A DNA stretch of 64,000 nt from assembly GCA_002269645.1 (NCBI GenBank), contig NIVC01001409.1:62001-126000 (forward strand). Reading direction: 5' to 3'. Within the stretch, counting starts at the first letter, position 1. The number at the start of each line of letters is the position of its first letter. The translations under genes and the position numbers were made by a program. Of this stretch, positions 59,601 to 64,000 are shown piece after piece. A model generated the notes under the pieces. The model did not search any database. It saw only the letters and a program-made list of their open reading frames with translations, and had not been told where the DNA came from. This DNA is from Macrostomum lignano (lineage: Eukaryota).

Positions 59601-62600
59601 AGATATGAGATTCTACAGATCATTAGAGCGTGTCAGTCCCTGTCTTCCCAGAAAGAATCGTGTCTCTAGCTTAATCTGCTTTCCAGATATTCGAAGGCGA
59701 TTCCGAAAATTTCTATGTATTTAAATGGGAAATCCAGGAAAATCAATCAGCAATTGCCAAGCTGTATTAGAAGACTCAAATATGAGATTCTACAGATCAT
59801 TAGAGCGTGTCAGTCCCTGTCTTTCCAGAAAGAATCGTGTCTCTAGCTTAATCTGCTTTCCAGATATTCATTCAAAAATGGCGATTCCAGAAAATTGCAA
59901 TGCATTCAAATGGTGAAATTCGCGAAAATCAATCAGCAATTGCCAAGCTGTATTAGAAGACTCAGATATGAGATTCTACAGATCATTAGAGCGTGTCAGT
60001 CCCTGTCTTTCCAGAAAGAATCGTGTCTCTAGCTTAATCTGCTTTCCAGATATTCATTCAAAAATGGCGATTCCAGAAAATTGCAATGCATTCAAATGGT
60101 GAAATTCGCGAAAATCAATCAGCAATTGCCAAGCTGTATTAGAAGACTCAGATATGAGATTCTACAGATCATTAGAGCGTGTCAGTCCCTGTCTTCCCCA
60201 GAAAGAATCGTGTCTCTAGCTTAATCTGCTTTCCAGATATTCGAAGGCGAGATTCCGGAAAATTTCTATGTATTTAAATAAGGGAAATCCAGGAAAATCA
60301 ATCAGCAATTGCCAAGCTGTATTAGAAGACTCAAATATGAGATTCTACAGATCATTAGAGCGTGTCAGTCCCTGTCTTCCCAGAAAGAATCGTGTCTCTA
60401 GCTTAATCTGCTTTCCAGATATTCATTCAAGGCGATTCCGAAAATTGCAATGCATTTAAATGGGAAATCGCGAAAATCAATCAGCAATTGCCAAGCTGTA
60501 TTAGAAGACTCAGATATGAGATTCTACAGATCATTAGAGCGTGTCAGTCCCTGTCTTCCCCAGAAAGAATCGTGTCTCTAGCTTAATCTGCTTTCCAGAT
60601 ATTCATTCAAGGCGATTCCAGAAAATTGCAATGCATTTAAATGGGAAATTCGCGAAAATCAATCAGCAATTGCCAAGCTGTATTAGAAGACTCAGATATG
60701 AGATTCTACAGATCATTAGAGCGTGTCAGTCCCTGTCTTCCCCAGAAAGAATCGTGTCTCTAGCTTAATCTGCTTTCCAGATATTCGAAGGCGAGATTCC
60801 GAAAATTTCTATGTATTTAAATAAGGGAAATCCAGGAAAATCAATCAGCAATTGCCAAGCTGTATTAGAAGACTCAGATATGAGATTCTACAGATCATTA
60901 GAGCGTGTCAGTCCCTGTCTTCCCCAGAAAGAATCGTGTCTCTAGCTTAATCTGCTTTCCAGATATTCGAAGGCGAGATTCCGGAAAATTTCTATGTATT
61001 TAAATAAGGGAAATCCAGGAAAATCAATCAGCAATTGCCAAGCTGTATTAGAAGACTCAGATATGAGATTCTACAGATCATTAGAGCGTGTCAGTCCCTG
61101 TCTTCCCCAGAAAGAATCGTGTCTCTAGCTTAATCTGCTTTCCAGATATTCATTCAAAAGGCGATTCCAGAAAATTGCAATGCATTTAAATGGTGAAATC
61201 GCGAAAATCAATCAGCAATTGCCAAGCTGTATTAGAAGACTCAGATATGAGATTCTACAGATCATTAGAGCGTGTCAGTCCCTGTCTTCCCAGAAAGAAT
61301 CGTGTCTCTAGCTTAATCTGCTTTCCAGATATTCGAAGGCGAGATTCCGAAAATTTCTATGTATTTAAATGGGAAATCCGGAAAATCAATCAGCAATTGC
61401 CAAGCTGTATTAGAAGACTCAGATATGAGATTCTACAGATCATTAGAGCGTGTCAGTCCCTGTCTTCCCAGAAAGAATCGTGTCTCTAGCTTAATCTGCT
61501 TTCCAGATATTCAAGGCGATTCCGAAAATTGCAATGCATTTAAATGGGAAATCGCGAAAATCAATCAGCAATTGCCAAGCTGTATTAGAAGACTCAGATA
61601 TGAGATTCTACAGATCATTAGAGCGTGTCAGTCCCTGTCTTCCCAGAAAGAATCGTGTCTCTAGCTTAATCTGCTTTCCAGATATTCAAGGCGAGATTCC
61701 GAAAATTTCAATGTATTTAAATGGGAAATCCGGAAAATCAATCAGCAATTGCCAAGCTGTATTAGAAGACTCAGATATGAGATTCTACAGATCATTAGAG
61801 CGTGTCAGTCCCTGTCTTCCCCAGAAAGAATCGTGTCTCTAGCTTAATCTGCTTTCCAGATATTCAAGGCGATTCCGAAAATTTCAATGTATTTAAATGG
61901 GAAATCCGAAAATCAATCAGCAATTGCCAAGCTGTATTAGAAGACTCAGATATGAGATTCTACAGATCATTAGAGCGTGTCAGTCCCTATCTTCCCCAGA
62001 AAGAATCGTGTCTCTAGCTTAATCTGCTTTCCAGATATTCGAAGGCGGAGATTCCGGAAAATTTCTGTATTTAAATAAGGGAAATCCAGGAAAATCAATC
62101 AGCAATTGCCAAGCTGTATTAGAAGACTCAAATATGAGATTCTACAGATCATTAGAGCGTGTCAGTCCCTGTCTTCCCCAGAAAGAATCGTGTCTCTAGC
62201 TTAATCTGCTTTCCAGATATTCATTCAGGCGATTCCGAAAATTTCAATGCATTTAAATGGGAAATCCGAAAATCAATCAGCAATTGCCAAGCTGTATTAG
62301 AAGACTCAGATATGAGATTCTACAGATCATTAGAGCGTGTCAGTCCCTGTCTTCCCAGAAAGAATCGTGTCTCTAGCTTAATCTGCTTTCCAGATATTCG
62401 AAGGCGAGATTCCGGAAAATTTCTATGTATTTAAATGGGAAATCCAGGAAAATCAATCAGCAATTGCCAAGCTGTATTAGAAGACTCAGATATGAGATTC
62501 TACAGATCATTAGAGCGTGTCAGTCCCTGTCTTCCCAGAAAGAATCGTGTCTCTAGCTTAATCTGCTTTCCAGATATTCGAAGGCGGAGATTCCGGAAAA

Positions 62601-63970
62601 TTTCAATGTATTTAAATAAGGGAAATCCAGGAAAATCAATCAGCAATTGCCAAGCTGTATTAGAAGACTCAGATATGAGATTCTACAGATCATTAGAGCG
62701 TGTCAGTCCCTGTCTTCCCAGAAAGAATCGTGTCTCTAGCTTAATCTGCTTTCCAGATATTCATTCAAGGCGATTCCAGAAAATTGCAATGTATTTAAAT
62801 GGGAAATCGGAAAATCAATCAGCAATTGCCAAGCTGTATTAGAAGACTCAGATATGAGATTCTACAGATCATTAGAGCGTGTCAGTCCCTGTCTTCCCAG
62901 AAAGAATCGTGTCTCTAGCTTAATCTGCTTTCCAGATATTCGAAGGCGGAGATTCCGGAAAATTTCTATGTATTTAAATAAGGGAAATCCAGGAAAATCA
63001 ATCACAATTGCCAAGCTGTATTAGAAGACTCAGATATGAGATTCTACAGATCATTAGAGCGTGTCAGTCCCTGTCTTCCCAGAAAGAATCGTGTCTCTAG
63101 CTTAATCTGCTTTCCAGATATTCATTCAAGGCGATTCCAGAAAATTGCAATGCATTCAAATGGTGAAATTCGCGAAAATCAATCAGCAATTGCCAAGCTG
63201 TATTAGAAGACTCAGATATGAGATTCTACAGATCATTAGAGCGTGTCAGTCCCTGTCTTCCCAGAAAGAATCGTGTCTCTAGCTTAATCTGCTTTCCAGA
63301 TATTCATTCAGGCGATTCCAGAAAATTGCAATGCATTTAAATGGGAAATCGCGAAAATCAATCAGCAATTGCCAAGCTGTATTAGAAGACTCAGATATGA
63401 GATTCTACAGATCATTAGAGCGTGTCAGTCCCTGTCTTCCCAGAAAGAATCGTGTCTCTAGCTTAATCTGCTTTCCAGATATTCGAAGGCGGAGATTCCG
63501 GAAAATTTCTATGTATTTAAATAAGGGAAATCCAGGAAAATCAATCAGCAATTGCCAAGCTGTATTAGAAGACTCAGATATGAGATTCTACAGATCATTA
63601 GAGCGTGTCAGTCCCTGTCTTCCCCAGAAAGAATCGTGTCTCTAGCTTAATCTGCTTTCCAGATATTCATTCAAAAACGGCGATTCCAGAAAATTGCAAT
63701 GCATTCAAATGGTGAAATTCGCGAAAATCAATCAGCAATTGCCAAGCTGTATTAGAAGACTCAAATATGAGATTCTACAGATCATTAGAGCGTGTCAGTC
63801 CCTATCTTCCCTAGAAAGAATCGTGTCTCTAGCTTAATCTGCTTTCTAGATATTCCAAGGCGGCGATTCCGGAAAATTTTCTATGCATTAAAATACGGGA
63901 AATCCAGGATAATCAATCAGCAATTGCCAAGCTGTTTTACTAGAGTCAAATATGAAATTCTACAGATGAC
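53640..63970. repeat. Satellite array of about 55 monomers of about 184-187 bp with two variants (A and B) sharing a constant core
   Basis: Constant core AATTGCCAAGCTGTATTAGAAGACTCAGATATGAGATTCTACAGATCATTAGAGCGTGTCAGTCCCTGTCTTCCCCAGAAAGAATCGTGTCTCTAGCTTAATCTGCTTTCCAGATATTC, then a variable block. Spacing 56509 to 56693 is 184; both array ends are degenerate and lie inside the window. Confidence 0.97.
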
Positions 63971-64000
63971 ACCGACTGATACGCTCTAGTGATCTGTAGA

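Noticed and set aside
53735-63989. Dozens of near-identical 63-135-aa ORFs
   Set aside because: Translations of satellite monomers using non-ATG starts; no coding evidence.

Overview
Eukaryotic (animal) genomic DNA; the minisatellite-filled introns, GC-rich conserved exons and unpaired splice acceptors suggest a flatworm such as Macrostomum (inference only). 1-17 kb: three co-oriented minus-strand genes, a twin-CX9C NDUFAF8-like gene, TTC36 (2 exons) and OPA1 (7 exons, about 974 aa), with almost every intron filled by its own minisatellite. They look like a trans-spliced operon, and two inverted copies of one 48-bp array flank TTC36 exon 2. 17-23 kb: AT-rich intergenic DNA with nested non-autonomous DNA transposons. 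23.3-44.7 kb: a full-length 18-exon RNF213/mysterin-like giant AAA+ ATPase/E3 ligase gene (about 5080 aa). It has a duplicated N-terminal Cys/His module, a 19x15-aa coding repeat, a His-to-Asp RING variant, an intact RZ finger and three -1 frame breaks (assembly error, pseudogenisation or recoding). 45-53 kb: a Gypsy-like gag remnant, a decayed Tc1 (DD34E) element and an orphan two-TM protein gene. 53.6-64 kb: an approximately 10.3-kb satellite of about 185-bp monomers of two types (A/B) in irregular order. Most long ORFs in the supplied track are artefacts of tandem repeats. Homology calls rest on recalled family sequences; no database search was run.
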